In this document: positions 10,603-24,250 of the stretch, piece after piece | Position numbering within the stretch: position 1 is the first letter of the stretch | How the letters are laid out: the number at the start of each line of letters is the position of its first letter | Assembly (NCBI GenBank): GCA_032718475.1 | Contig: JAUCBJ010000246.1 | Coordinates: 1 to 64,000 of the forward strand | Direction: 5' to 3' | DNA: 64,000 nt | Source: Nemertoderma westbladi | Lineage: Eukaryota; Animalia; Xenacoelomorpha | Made by a program: the position numbers and the translations under genes | Notes under the pieces: model-generated | Seen by the model: the letters and a program-made list of their open reading frames with translations, nothing else | The model's database searches: none | Told to the model about the DNA's origin: nothing

Positions 10603-13546
10603 TAAACAGCTCGCTTCACTAGACCGCCCACACCATCATGCGGTCCCTTGAAGTGATGCGCTTCTCCGAAGTTCCAAAACTTCTCATCCGCCATTAAGTA
10701 GTTTGTTTCGAACAAATGAAAGGCATACTGTGATGTAAACTGCGCAGTACGAGTACAGCCATCACTCCAGAAATGAATTGTTCGAAATGGAATTACATGG
10801 TTACTATTTAACTTAGAAATGATAGCCTCATTACTAAGAACAGCTAAGAACTTGTCATGTTCTGTATAGTTGGATACTACAACATACGATTTAACTTTGA
10901 GTTTAATATTTTCCTCCATATCACTAGTCTCTTCGGTCTCGAAACTTCTCGCATAACAGACTGCGGTGAATATACAAAAGGACTCGTGACCAAAGTAGGC
11001 AGCCTGTGTCTCATGACGTTGTTTATTCTCGTAATTTCGAGAAAAGTCTACAGACATTATGAGCTCCAAATTACCCAAATTCTGTTTCAATATCTTCAGT
11101 TCTAAGTGATGCCTTCTGAACGCATAAATGTGTTCATGATATCTCACTATTTTTAGTTTTAATAGTTCAGCAAAGTCCTCGCCACTTAGACTAATTTGAA
11201 TTTTTTTTGTAGTCGCCTTTCACCCACCAATCTTCAGAAGCTCAGCTTCAATAGCGCGCAGACCTGGGCATTCAATGACACTGGTATCCCATAAGCATGG
11301 GTGAAGGAAATCTAGTAAATTCTCTCAGCGCTACCCGAACCAGGAAGTTTTGTGTGCTTGAGCATTAATTCGAGATTTTCGCACAGGTCGCATCTGCAAT
11401 CATCTTCCGGAAAATGTTTGTTTAAAAATAGGTCCTTTGATTCAAAAACAACTTTCTGAAAATCATAATAAGTAGCTTTCTCTGAGGGATTTTCAGATAA
11501 ATACATCGCTACAAGTGTCTTCAAATCATACTGTAAGTACCGTTTTGGAATAAATTGACTGGAACCATTTTTCTTACCAATGTAAATAGTGTCTTTCTGG
11601 CCAGGAGTACAATAAGAAATGTCTGGTTGATGAATAAATTCAAGAATACGTGCTCTTCTATCTAAGTTTATTGGCCTGCCTGGAATAATTCTATTAATAA
11701 CCTTTTTTTTTGCTGATTGGAGAAAGCGATTCTATCAAGTTGCCAATAACCGCATTTCGTTTGACTATATTGTAACTCAATGCTGTCCTCACTCGATTTA
11801 CTGAACGACTAAGAGATTGACGATTAACAAAAGGTTGATTGGGAGTCTCATTACAATTATTCTTTGAATTGGCCTTAGCAGACCGCTTTCTATCTCGGTC
11901 TTTTTGAAGATACTTTTTATACTCTACTGAAGACGATTCCTTAATCCTTTTTCTAACACAACGCATTCGGTCGGCATTTTTTTTTTGCGGTATTCATTTC
12001 CCAGTCCTTGAGAATTAATACGGTTTCTATAATCCTTTTGTTTCTCCGCATTACTTCTAGCCATATCTTAAAATAACCGGCTGACCGGTACAGTAATAAT
12101 ATATAATTAAATATCTGCTGATATAGGTCAGTAGGTAGGTCTGTAGGTTACCAGTACCAGCTGAGAGGCCAATGTGGAATTGCTTCACTAAAGTTGGTAG
12201 ATATATCGGGTAGGCCTACCGGTACTGTACAGAATGATTCCGCGGCGCAGCAGCGTATATTATTACACCGTGTAGCGTATATTATCATACGGGGTAATGT
12301 GCAATTTTTGGTACTAACACTTCAATGTTGTTAAACTCGCAGGTTACAAGAGTGGCGGCATCAACCCTTATTAAAACTGTCATGTAACCCTAACCCTATG
12401 TCATAATCTAACCCAACTCTGACCAACTAACCCTAACCAAAATAACAAACGAAATATCCCACAAAGTAAGTAGTAACCTACACACTGGCAGCTTGCTGGC
12501 AGGCAGTCAAGTTACAGTATAAATACTAGCGGTAGCTGAAACCTAAAGTTAAACCTTTAGTACCTAAAATTGCACTGTTACCTCACGTGGTGCAGCGTAC
12601 CTACCACTCTACCAGTACTTCATTACACAACTGAGAATGGTATATCAGTATATGGTAACTTGAATTTGAATACATAATACACTACAATAATTTAATACAT
12701 TAATGCATTATGGGGCATTAGCCTAATCTAATAGTACCAGCTGCCAGCAGACAAGTAGTCAATAATAGTCATACTCATAGTTCAGTAGTTACATTTTGTT
12801 TTTGTTGGCCTACTGTCAAGAAATATATGAAATAAATTCAAAAGAATATAAAAGGTCAGTTACCTAGAAAAATACAATCTTGCTTTCTTCACACAAAAAT
12901 GTCAATTCAGTTCCCACTGATGCGAAAATAGACCACCAAGGGATAAGATGCTCTGAGCTATAACTATACTGGAACCCCAAGAGAGTTTTTTACGACTACA
13001 ATCAATAAATAACATACAATCATACGGTAGGTAGACTTTACTTTAAGCGGCTTATTGAATAACCCCCACCAATAGTTAGATATGCCATGACAAATTATTT
13101 TCGCTTCATGGCATTTGAATTAATTTCTAGGAGATATTTAAAAGACAACATTTAGCCTTTCAACCTTAACAAGTTACCTAACTCTAAGATAGGCAAACTG
13201 ATTTTTTTGTATAAAAGGAAAACTTTGGATAGAGAGAAGAGGGTTTTTTATGATTAAGAGTTTTAGTTCATGGTCCTATTATTTTAGTCCAGGCCGGGGG
13301 TCTGGACTAGTGTATAGTTTGCATGTACAGTATATATTTTGAGAGGATCCAATTGATAATATTAAACTGAAGTAAATGATCGGCGTTATATTAAACTTTA
13401 TTGCGTTTTTATTTGCAACATCATTAATTCTCTCAGGAGGGAATACTCTCATTGAGGGCGAACTAGCGGTCGGCTCAACCCAAATTACCACTACACACCC
13501 ACAGCTCAGCGGGACCACGATAATAAACATTACTGAGCTCGTGACA

Positions 13547-13565
13547 TGGAGGTCCCACCGAGATT
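13547..13565 (+). other. Primer-binding site complementary to the tRNA-Gln 3' end
   Basis: TGGAGGTCCCACCGAGATT is the reverse complement of the metazoan tRNA-Gln 3' end AATCTCGGTGGGACCT-CCA. Confidence 0.88.
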
Positions 13566-13651
13566 TTGATGCTGTGAGGATCGGTTTAAAGATACTGATT
13601 ATAAGTTATAAATTTAACTGTGACAAATCTTAAAAAGAAACTACAGTATCA

Positions 13652-15300
13652 ATGGCTTCAAACAATAGGGAGAGGGGAGAAAGTGAATCGGACGTAGAAA
13701 ACGAATCACCGACAATTTCATTTCGAAGAAGTGGAGGAACAGAGTCACCTACAGCCCTATTCAGTCGTGATGGAAGAAGATTTGTTGAAACAACACCAGT
13801 AACTCAGCGAGGAGAAATCAATGAAGAAAATGTATACAGTAAGTACCCGAGCTATGTGCAAAGCAGAATTACAAATACAAATAAAGTAAATAATAATAGG
13901 CCTAGTACTGGTACTAGTGCCGTACAGTATTTGGATAGGTCTAATAATAGAACATATAGGCCTAATACGAGTGGGGGCGTCCAGTATTTCGATCAGTCGT
14001 ATAACGATCACGATCGTACATATCGCAATGATAATTGGAGAATACCATTACCTGAACACGAACATAATTATCTAAAATACGAGGGTAATATAGGTCTAGG
14101 ACCCACCTCCAATACTATTAAGCCCCCGATATTTACTGGACAAGATAATGATGGCGACATTGAAGTGTTTCTGAATAAATTTGAGAGAGTGGCAAATGCT
14201 AATAACTGGAATGAACAAAAGCGGAGTCGCATTCTTCCAGCATGCCTAGAAGGATAATTGCCTACGGAGAATTTCTAAACATAAAACAAGAAAAATCTGA
14301 AAGAGTAGATGAATTCATGGAACGGTTACTTAGAATAGCTAGACGTGCCCTTTCTGCACAAACGCCGGATGAATTTTATCACCAAGTCAGGGATAGATTT
14401 TTACATGGCCTTCAGCCGGTATTACGATCCCGAGTTATAGAAATAACAGGATCTTGCGATGAGATAGAAAGAGTATTATCAGAAGCCAAGAGAGTTGAGG
14501 CTACAATACGTAGTGAAAATCCAGATCTTGCGTTACCCCTTACTAGACAAGAGTTAACGACAGTATTGAAGGAGCACTTAGCAGAGGCAGATATTACCCG
14601 AAATCAGGTTCGAGATGTAGAGTTACGTAGGTTACAAAATGCCATTGAACAGTTGAATAGACGAGTACAAGGAGTATCTCTAGGCAGCGACAATAGGTTT
14701 GTAGATAGGGAGATGTCTCAGGCAAGGGAGTATCAAAATAGAAACCGTTACTCCCTACATAATAGTTATAATTATGCACGAGAGCCATTAAGGGATGCTT
14801 CCCAAGTACGATGTTATCGATGTGATGGCGTTGGTAATTTAGCTCGTGATTGTGTATCTACCTTCAAAATTACAAAGGAAAATCAGGTACCTAGATACAG
14901 AAATAACAATTATGAAAATCAAAGACAAGTTAGTCAAGATCAACAAGGAACAATTATATCGATAGAATCTAATAGAAATCCTCAAAATAAGGACCCGGTT
15001 CTTATAGTGAAAAGTAATTTGTTTGTAAGTGAGCTGACGATTACTGGGCAAGGCGAATTAATAGTTTCAGTACAAATTAACGAAACTGTGTCTAGGCAAC
15101 AGATACGGGCAGTAGAGTAAACATACTTACCAAACAAGCGGCAAATGAGATATTAGATTTGGAAGGCATGGAATATTGCGAAGATATGTTGGTAGGAGTA
15201 AATAATAATTTAATAGAAGTTTTAGGATAAGTAGAATTAGAGTTTGAATATAGAAAACAAAAGGTGTCTCTAAATGTTTACATAGTAGATACTTTACCTA
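13652..15300 (+). pseudogene. Gypsy-type gag and aspartic protease remnant
   Basis: KPPIFTG..FLNKFERVANANNW, KQEKSERVDEF, RDRFLHGL, degenerate knuckle CYRCDGVGNLARDC. Shifted frame near 15095 reads ATDTGSRVNIL (DTG). Confidence 0.82.
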
Positions 15301-15894
15301 TTGAGGTGGGGGGGGGGGGGGGGGGGGAATTATTAGTGGTAATGTGGCTGGGGGCTACAACATTTAGATGGAGCCTTCTTATACTGTATTTAGCCAAGTT
15401 AACTTTTCTTTGGCTACCCTGTCTTTCTCTGGCTATGCCTGGGCAGGGCAGGGGCAATGTGAATCTGGTCGGGCTGCTAATGTAACTAACATATTATATT
15501 ATATATTATTATTATACCTATTATTATTATTATTATATATTATTACCGGTACCGTACAATATTTCAATTTTACCCTGCGTGGGGGTGTATATTATAATAT
15601 TATATTATTATTATATACTATATTTTACAGATATTACAGTATTTAAAGAAATTTCTCCGGCCCTTTCAACATTTTTTCAACACTTTCTACATTTTTCCCT
15701 AAATCCTCCACTGATCATTAGTTATGATTATTAGTTATTGATCATTAGTTAGGCCTATGATTACTCACATTTAGTGTTTTCTTTATGGAATAGCTAGTGA
15801 GTTTCCAGGTCTCTGCATTTCTTTTCATACAAATATATTTTATTCATTTCATACAAATTCTCCGAATCCAAAATGGCCATGAAAATGTGCCATA

Positions 15895-16503
15895 TTGGAA
15901 TCGGACAGTGAGCCAGAAGAAGATGCAATAATTGTGGATAATATTGTAGAACCATCTTATTGCTATAAAGAAGGTACTACAAAGGGGAATCTACAGAGGG
16001 AGGGGTACTATCAAAGGTTCAGTGTGGATAGTTCCACTGAACTCTTACGATGGAAATCATCTTTAGAGCAGCAGTTGAAGACATCAAAAAAATGTATAGT
16101 AGATCAGTTGTATAAGGTCTCAAGAATGGCCTATCAAATACAAAGGCCCAAAATAACGTTGAAATGGGTTTCGAGTGATTCCATTCAAATTCGACAAATC
16201 TCGGTGGCATTCATTTCATACTTCGAGTTTCAGCTTATGGAGACAGGATCCAATCGGACATCTTTACTGCAGTCTGATAGTTTTAATCACACCCTGAAGG
16301 CCATCAGGAGATACCGCTCCAAGGTAGTCCATGTATGGGAAGCTACAGAATCCCAAGCGAGGGAGATAGACTTCCTTCAGAAATTTCATGATATAAAACC
16401 TGCGGATGCCGTAGAAGTGATGAATAATAATGACATTCGAGATGCAGTACTTAAGGCACAGAAGCATTGCTTGAGAGTAGTAGGGTCTTCCTCTTCTCTG
16501 TGA
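15895..16503 (+). CDS. Unknown ~200-aa ORF, likely a fragment cut by the 16496 inverted-repeat element
   Basis: Open frame with protein-like composition in AT-rich surroundings. No motif recognised. Confidence 0.3.
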   Translation: MESDSEPEEDAIIVDNIVEPSYCYKEGTTKGNLQREGYYQRFSVDSSTELLRWKSSLEQQLKTSKKCIVDQLYKVSRMAYQIQRPKITLKWVSSDSIQIRQISVAFISYFEFQLMETGSNRTSLLQSDSFNHTLKAIRRYRSKVVHVWEATESQAREIDFLQKFHDIKPADAVEVMNNNDIRDAVLKAQKHCLRVVGSSSSL

Positions 16504-16781
16504 CACTTGGACCACACTGACACCCATTGGGTGTCATATGACACCCAATTATCACCCTATGGGTGTCATTGGGTGTCATTGGGGCCAGACTGTCTGGGTG
16601 ACACCTCCCAATTAGGCTAATTAGACCCTAATTGAAAGGTGTCATCAATTAATTAGTACAATTAAACCCTAACAGGTGTCATATGACTCCTAATTAGGGT
16701 TTAATTGATTATCCTAATTAATCAGACTGATTAGCGCCATGACACACAATGGGTCATCATTGTTGTCCAAGTGTCACAGAG
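16496..16781. mobile_element. MITE-like element with 17-bp perfect inverted repeats
   Basis: CTCTGTGACACTTGGAC (16496-16512) / GTCCAAGTGTCACAGAG (16765-16781). Internal GGGTGTCATATGACACCC palindrome. No clear TSD. Confidence 0.6.
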
Positions 16782-17179
16782 CCGGAGCAAGAGGGTGTCA
16801 TAAGTGACACCGCAGCTCTTTTATTTATTAATACTTATTTATTTGTACTTTATTTTAAATTAATTAATTGTATTTATTTTTACTTTATTTATTTGTACTT
16901 AATTTTAGATTTACCAATAATTAGTTTTATATATTGGTTTCTAAATGACCTCATTGACTTTCATCTCGTTATCCTTCGCCATAGGGTACACAGCTCCCTT
17001 ACTGGTAACTAATTACTCTTATCTATTTCCAGACAGCTTTATCGTTGACCTTTGACCTTTGACCCCCAATTAGCTTTAACCAAGCAACAGCATATTAATA
17101 ATAGTTGTATCCAAGCGCCCCCGCCCCCCACCCCGTGACAGCTCTGATTACTAATTACTCTTACCTATATCCAACCGTC

Positions 17180-17830
17180 TGCAGTTCCATAGTCTGCCGC
17201 TAGAGGGCGTATTATTTGAAAATTATCATCTTCTCTAGCTTTGTTATTTTCATTCCGAATGGGTTTAAACTCGGTAGGCATCTACTACGGCATAGGCCAT
17301 ATCTTTTGCGGAGCCATAGAGTAGTATGAAGTTCCCCTGTCTACCGCTAGAGGGCATATTATTTAAAAATTAACATCTTCACTAGCTTTGTTATTTACAA
17401 TCCGCAAAACTATGAAGTTATATTGCTTAAGGGTTCTAAGGGGCGAGCCATGAGGCAAGATGTTTGAGGCTTATTTAGATATATTATTACTTAATTTGAC
17501 CCCCCAATCGGCATCTACTACGGCATAGGCTATATATTTTGCGGAGACATAGAGTAGTCTGAAGTTCCCCTGTCTGCCGCTAGAGGGTGTATTATTTGAA
17601 AATTAACATCTTCTCTAGCTTTGTTATTTACAATCCGCAAAACTATGAAGTTATATTGCTTAAGAGTTCTAAGGGGCTAGCCATGAGGCAAGATGTTTGA
17701 GACTTATTTAGATATATTATTACTATACTTAATTTGACCCCCCCAATCGGCATCTACTATGGCATAGGCTATATCTTTTGCAGAGTCACAGAGTAGTATG
17801 AAGTTCCCCAGTCTGCCGCTAGAGGGTGAA
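17180..17830. repeat. ~235-bp tandem repeat (about 2.7 copies)
   Basis: GGCATCTACTACGGCATAGG...CCGCTAGAGGG recurs with periods of 233 and 239 bp. Confidence 0.9.
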
Positions 17831-17904
17831 ATGTCTCAAAGTGAAAACCATACGGTAGCCATGAATTGGTTTACTAGGTAATAATACTGCATTTTGCAAA
17901 GTTA

Positions 17905-18008
17905 GGGCTATTGCTGACCGAACGAAAATTGCCCTGGTTCATGCAGGGATCGAACCCATGACATACGGGAGATGTGAATTCACCGCAACCACTACACCAA
18001 GGTGGAAC
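17905..18008 (-). mobile_element. tRNA-derived SINE head, same family as 9660-9791
   Basis: CCACCTTGGTGTAGTGG ... GGGTTCGATCCC ... AGGGCAATTTTCGTTCGG on the minus strand. Confidence 0.72.
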
Positions 18009-21000
18009 AGTAACCTTCGAATTTGTTCGTTGACGTTCGAATTTGTAAGACTCTCATTTAAGACCTGACACAGACTATGCCTCAGTAGGGGCAGCGATTT
18101 TCTCGCGATAAATATAACCAACCCACCCAACTCTCACTACTATCTCAGTCCTTACATCCATATCGAGAACAAACCAACAGAAATTATATTCACCAATACG
18201 AAAAATACCAACACTATCACCCTATCCAACAACTTTACCATCGCGCGCCTTTTCGAATTACTAAAACGTTCTCTCAGAGAAGGCATCTTTCTCCCGCAGC
18301 AAACACACCTTAATCTATTTCACCCCCCAAAAAAAGGTTATCTCAACAATCTATTAAAGAGAAAATTATCGCAGCCATTAATAGTAACGGACCCTAAAAG
18401 GGTTAAACCAAACGTTACTCTCGGAGACCAGCAACCCTATTAATATAAACAGTCTATTTATTAAAAACTGTTCTGACTATATCTTTTGTTAATGTTGATG
18501 TTCTTATATTATTTATTATTAATGTTGTTGGTAAATTATTTATCCGTTGTTGTTATATTATTTAATATTGATGTTGTCAGTAAATTATTTATTCTTGTTT
18601 CCTCATAATGTTTAAAAAATATAAGATGCTTAACCGGCTATTTTTCATTTTTCTCTACTAGTTAATCTATTCTATGAGACCGAGCCATGAAGTAAGTGAG
18701 TCTCAGCATACCATTAATGACCTTATTGCTCGTTCATAATCATTTTGAATGTTAACCCCTAAATAAACAGCCAATCCCGATGAATTCTTTACAAACTCGA
18801 TATGCAAGTTGTTTATCAGAGTTGATTTTAGTTAAAATATATTATTTAGCGATTTTCGTGATTAATGCTATAAATTATATTCACCAAAATGAAAATATCC
18901 ACGCTATTACTCTTTCCATCAGGCGATGCTTTATAAGTATTGATGGCGAGCAAAGTTTTCAGGGCGACCACCTCTAAGCTGTAAGTACGCTGTTCTGCCC
19001 TATCATAGACACTCTGTCTTTTAGATGCTTCACTATTGATATTAAGCCGTTAGCCATGGCGCCGCTGATAAGACGCGAGGATATTCAGTCCTATATTCAA
19101 AGGCTTTGGTTTGATTGTTCATACTATGGATAGTTCAATGAAATCGTGAAAGGGAGGGCCGCATGGGTTGAAAGTGATCGTCCTTATTTTCCCGAGAAAT
19201 TCTTAAAGGCGACTATGAATAGAACAATGAAACATTAAAGGGAGGACCGCATATGTTGGGAATGATAGCCCTTCAACTGCCTTTTACCCAGATTTGCGTA
19301 AGATCGAGGGAGGATGTAGAGGAAAATACACTCATAGCTTTAATGCCCCATTTGATTAAAGTAGAGCAAATTTAGCTTTCACCTAAGGGTTATCACTCCA
19401 TGCGACTGCAAAATTTAAAATTCCTGAAAATTTCGCGAACGAAGATTGCACCTGGGGGGGGGGGGGGGGGGGGAGGTTGTAGGTGAACGAAGGTTGCACC
19501 CAGCCATCCTGTAATTATACATATAGTATTTCACTCGTTTTACTTTTTTACTATACAACGAGTTCAATCCCACTCTCCAATGAATTTTTTAGTAGTATGA
19601 TTGATAGTAAGCAATTCAAGGAGACAGTTAATGCGTTAGTAGACTGGTGACGCGGACCTACGCGATTTCGTCCATTGTTTAAATTATGCTTTGTATACAA
19701 ATGATGAACTAATGGTGGACTCCATGTACATCCTACTGTAGGTTTGCTTTCTATCCGCTGTAAACAATTAATCAGTTAAATCTATTGTAAAATTTATCCA
19801 AATTAACATTTCCGCCTGCCTACTCTGATATTCCCAGGTCTACCCAACTTAAAAATCCTGGCTACAAACCTGATTCCACACTCGAGGTGTAAATACATTG
19901 TATCCACTTCACCAAGGTGGAACATTTGTAATTTATTTAAGATTTATTTTCATGAGTCACATAATAACCTTTTTATTATTGCGTTCAAAATAAAAAATTA
20001 CAGATAAAACCATACTAATTTAAAACTCTATCTATGATGTATTCGCTATATTTCGTTTGCTGACATTATTTCATCGCGAAATTAAAAGCATCTGCTTTCA
20101 CTATTATTATAGTATATTATCTAAAGTAGTGACACTGAGTTGGAACAGATAGGATAATTGCACTTTGTTATGTTTTAGTTTAGTAGCTTTAATCATAATA
20201 CTACCGGGCTATAAAATGTTGTACAAACACCGGGGAGGGTCATAATGACCCTGGTCGGGGGTAGGGAATCGAATCTATGACAATCTGTATATCCTATTTT
20301 GTGTTTACTTTTTATTTTTTCCGCGAAGCGACGGCAAAAATTTAAAATTCCTGAAAATTTCGCGGATAGAGAATTATAAATATATTTGGTGAGCATAATG
20401 CTACGCGAAGGCTCCATGACATATGTATTTTAGCTATGGACTCGTATATCCATTCTACTCTACTATAGCCAGACTGTCTTCGAGATGCCCCGTTAGCCTT
20501 GGCGCCGCTAAATTTGCATGAGGGCCGGCCAGCAAGCGAGATATCTCTATTGCTGATAAGCTTGAGGGCCCAAATAAGGCTAACATTCATATGCTATATC
20601 CCCTAGTTATTACCGTCATATAATTACTACTGGCTCCTAACAACTTATCACTGGGAACCCTTTAATTAAAGCCGCCTCTCATTGAATCTGTTGCGTTGTT
20701 CCCTCTGCGTTGATGCTATATAAACCGAGATGGGACCTTCATTCCTCATCAGTTTTGAGCTCGAATAATTTTACATGATTTATTTTATAAGACGCTAATT
20801 TTAAACTTCACATTTTATTTTAAACTTTTGCGTTTACAATTTGTCAATTTGAGTATTCATCATCATGGATTCCACCACCAGCACCCAGCTAGCCGCCTCC
20901 GTAACACCGGTCTCCATCACAGCTACACCCGTCACCACCATGTCCAACGCTACCAACACAACCACAACCAGAAGCGTCGGTACATACAGACCACGGAGAG

Positions 21001-21269
21001 CAGGCCGGAAGCGGTCACTCCCTACGTCCGTTATATGAGGGACCAGGAAGAGGAGATGGCGTGGGAGGAAGATTTGGCTGATCGAGAGCTCGAGATCCGA
21101 GCATTGGAGGAAGCGCGAGTGGAATGCCTTCGGACCTCCTCCAACTGGTACGATCAATATTTGTCAACCCGGAAGGACTCGGAAAGTCGTTCGGTGCCAG
21201 TCCGGCGGTAGAGGAGCTATTCGATATACCCCCCATCGATAGGAATGTCCCATGATCCCGGCTAGAATC

Positions 21270-21659
21270 GAACTCAATTCACTCCACCCTAATATCAAAT
21301 TTACTGTAGAACAACAAGACTCACTTGGAAAACTCCCCTTTCTTGATGTACTTATAACCCCGAGCCATTGCACTTACAGCACTACTGTATATCAGAAACC
21401 GACATATTCCAATAGATATTTAAATTTTGCCTCAAACTACCACCCACGTATTATACAAGGTGTCTGTTCCGGTCTTTTCTACCGTTCCAACCGTATTTGT
21501 TCAACACCACAAGCAAGAAACGAAACCCAAACTACATTAGCTAACACTCTACGTAATAACGGTTACCCGCCCCATATTATATACAGTACACAAAGATCTA
21601 TCAAAATCTATCCAGCATACAATCACGTCCGGGAGCCAAAAATAGGTGTTACCCATTAG
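21270..21659 (+). pseudogene. Penelope-like element RT C-terminal (thumb) fragment
   Basis: LNSLHPNIKFTVE..LPFLDVLI..TTVYQKPT..RYLNFAS.HP..LRNNGYP, typical of PLE RT. Confidence 0.88.
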
Positions 21660-23852
21660 GAATAAATTCCCAGGATTATCAGGCATCTGAAGGGTTTATG
21701 TTTACGGTTGGGAGGTAGCAGGACAATGCCTGAACATAGTGACGCTGCCCATGTCAGGCATATGACTGATTGCCTTAAGGAATGGCAAACGGTTGTTGCG
21801 TCATCTCCTCCCTGCATGCCCGAACTGACAATGGACATACCGAGTGGGATAGGGGGTTGTGAATTCTCTTCGCAATTTACCAACATTGGGGAAATTGGCC
21901 GGCGGCGCCTTAAGGAAACTTTAAAAACGTTTCTAACTAAAGGAGAATGTTATGCCCGTGTTCCAAAATTCAACTCTGTCCCTATTACCCGCGATGAACA
22001 ATTTATACAATCCCGGCTTATAAACTGGACTAATTCGGACATACTAAGAAAATTTAAGAACTAATTGAGAAATTATTTGATATGGATGAAGAACAAATAA
22101 AGAACAATATACTCTTCAATTAATTAAATAAGCTAAAACGAAAGACAAATTAATATTATTGTGCAAGAAACTACTGGCATTATAATTCAATTGATAAACA
22201 ATATTAAAGTACTTATTATATAATAACTATGGCTTATTTTATAATTATGTTATCTACGTACTGCTACCAGTAACACGAACTTTAATGGATTATGCAATAA
22301 GTGCAAATAAATCGATTACAAAAAATAATCGATTAAAATAAAAAAAAATAGAACTTTTTCCCCAGGCAACAAAAAAAAGTACCAATTTAAAAATAAGATT
22401 ACGTATTACAATATGGGTATACGTATAAGGTTTAACGTCGAGATTCGGTTGTCTTTCTTGGTCGTTGCCCAGGCAGCCAGGATGTTTGATGCAATCAATG
22501 CGTCATGTGGTAGGGAAGATTGGCATTTGGTCGTATTGTGAAACTGGCGCTGCTAGATTAGCTGAAAACTGAAAATGCTGAAAACAGTTGTGTAATTATA
22601 TACCATATTATAAATTTCTTGGGCCTTATCTAAGATGACTAGATATAAATACATGAGTTAAAACTCTACAGATTACAGATACATTTCTCCCCTTCATATG
22701 TGACAACATATTCACCGCCATTAATCTTCGGTTCACTCTCATCATAATCATCGACCTCATTAAGCAGTGAGGCTGAAATTAAATAAGAAAATTAAATGAA
22801 AAAATAATAAAAGTAAAGAAGAGTGTAATGGTGCTGGTGGCAAACCAAACCTCAACACTAATCTGTAGCGCTGGCTTATACGTAAAACCAATTGTAAACG
22901 CCATACAAAGAGATTGACTGCATCTCGTCTTTGTAAGTCATTTTATTTTATTGTAACGTTAATAATGTAGTTAACAAAGTAGTACTCAGCCCTAAGGCCA
23001 TCAAAAAACGACACAAATAATAAAAACAAAAACGACATATACAAATATATTGAAACATGCTCAACATACAGGTATGTATCGTACCCTAACCCTGACCTAA
23101 CTGCCATACACTAAATGATACCAGTAGTATACTGCACAAAAGCTAACCCTATATTCTATAGAAAAATATATGACATTTTGTCGCTGTAAAGGGGTAGAAC
23201 TCGGGAATAAATAATTAATTGTATCAAAAATATGGTTGCGTTTCGGTGTCTGAGAACCAGTACGCGGTATTCTCGACACCTCATCAGCTGGACAAAGGAT
23301 TATCCAAAACATATCTATATTGCACCAATGGCCTAAATAATCGCACCATGAACTCCTCAAACAGACATCAGAATCAGTAAATCAGTGATACCAATGGAAA
23401 AACTGGTAGGTTGCTGGGGCAAACACACACAGTATAAAAAAAATATATTAGATTTTACAATTTGTATTTATTATTATTTATTTAAACTTTATAACTTAAA
23501 AATTGAAATTTAAAAAACAGTTTTAAATTTCAACTCGGTTGAAATTTGAAATTGGAAATAAATGTCAACCCATTGATATACATATCTTTACCTTCAAAAA
23601 ACACGCCGATGAAAAGATAAGAAGGATTTAAGTTCTCCAAGTGGATCAAGGCATGGTTCCGGTTCAGGTGGAACCTCCACAATAACATCTTTAAGATTGA
23701 GAACTTCTGATGACCCCCCTTCATTATATTGGTTATTATTACTACTAGTTATACTACTTTTTAATTTTTAGTTTTAATATGCCTGCCCAATGAATAAAAT
23801 CTATAAAAAATCAAGGGTGCATTCATTTTACCGACTGATTAACTTATCTGTA

Positions 23853-24250
23853 TACTACTACTACTACTAGGTCGAGCGAACTCGGACAGTGGAAATTAGA
23901 TCCTTCCAGGCTTCCCGATTCTCCATAGTTGTCGCAATTTCGTTTCTCCCAAGTTCAGTATCCCTTTCAAGTTGATCTATATATGTTATGGCCGGTCGTC
24001 CACGACTATGCTTTCCATGAGTTGTTTGCCAGAGAAGTAGATCTGGTATGACCTCGTCTTTACTTCGCCAGCAGTGCCCACTGAATCTTAATCTGCGTTC
24101 ACGAAGGGTGGTTGATACAGGTGGTATTGTATGATAAAGCTCGGCGTTTGTCATGTGTTGTCTCCAGCTGATGTTTAGGGCTGCCCTTAGTAGTATGTGT
24201 AGCAACCATCAATTCGTTGTTCAAGTGATTTAGTCAGTGTCCAGTGTTCT
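23853..24250 (-). mobile_element. RTE-clade LINE 3' end with (TAG)n tail
   Basis: LLRAALNISWRQHMTNAELY..LRERRLRFSGHCWR..GRPAITYIDQL..MENREAW, followed by TAG repeats. Confidence 0.88.

Larger units (their letters stand above)
7970..12064 (-). pseudogene. Sola2-like DDD transposase, degraded and split by the 8616-10602 insertion
   Basis: Starts MARSNAEKQKDYR. Motifs VDFSRNYE..ETQAAYF, FWSDGC..Q, HHFKGPHDGVGGLVKRAV. Removing 8616-10602 and one TAAA restores KRAV-YRRVVS. Several stops and frameshifts. Confidence 0.75.
12814..15300 (+). mobile_element. Truncated Ty3/Gypsy LTR retrotransposon (5' LTR ending 13546, PBS, gag, protease remnant)
   Basis: ...AATAAA...GTGACA followed directly by a PBS. 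The LTR start at TGTCA 12814 is tentative. No RT and no 3' LTR. Confidence 0.75.

Noticed and set aside
12384-12440. TAACCC telomere-like repeats
   Set aside because: Only 2-3 scattered units, not a telomeric array.
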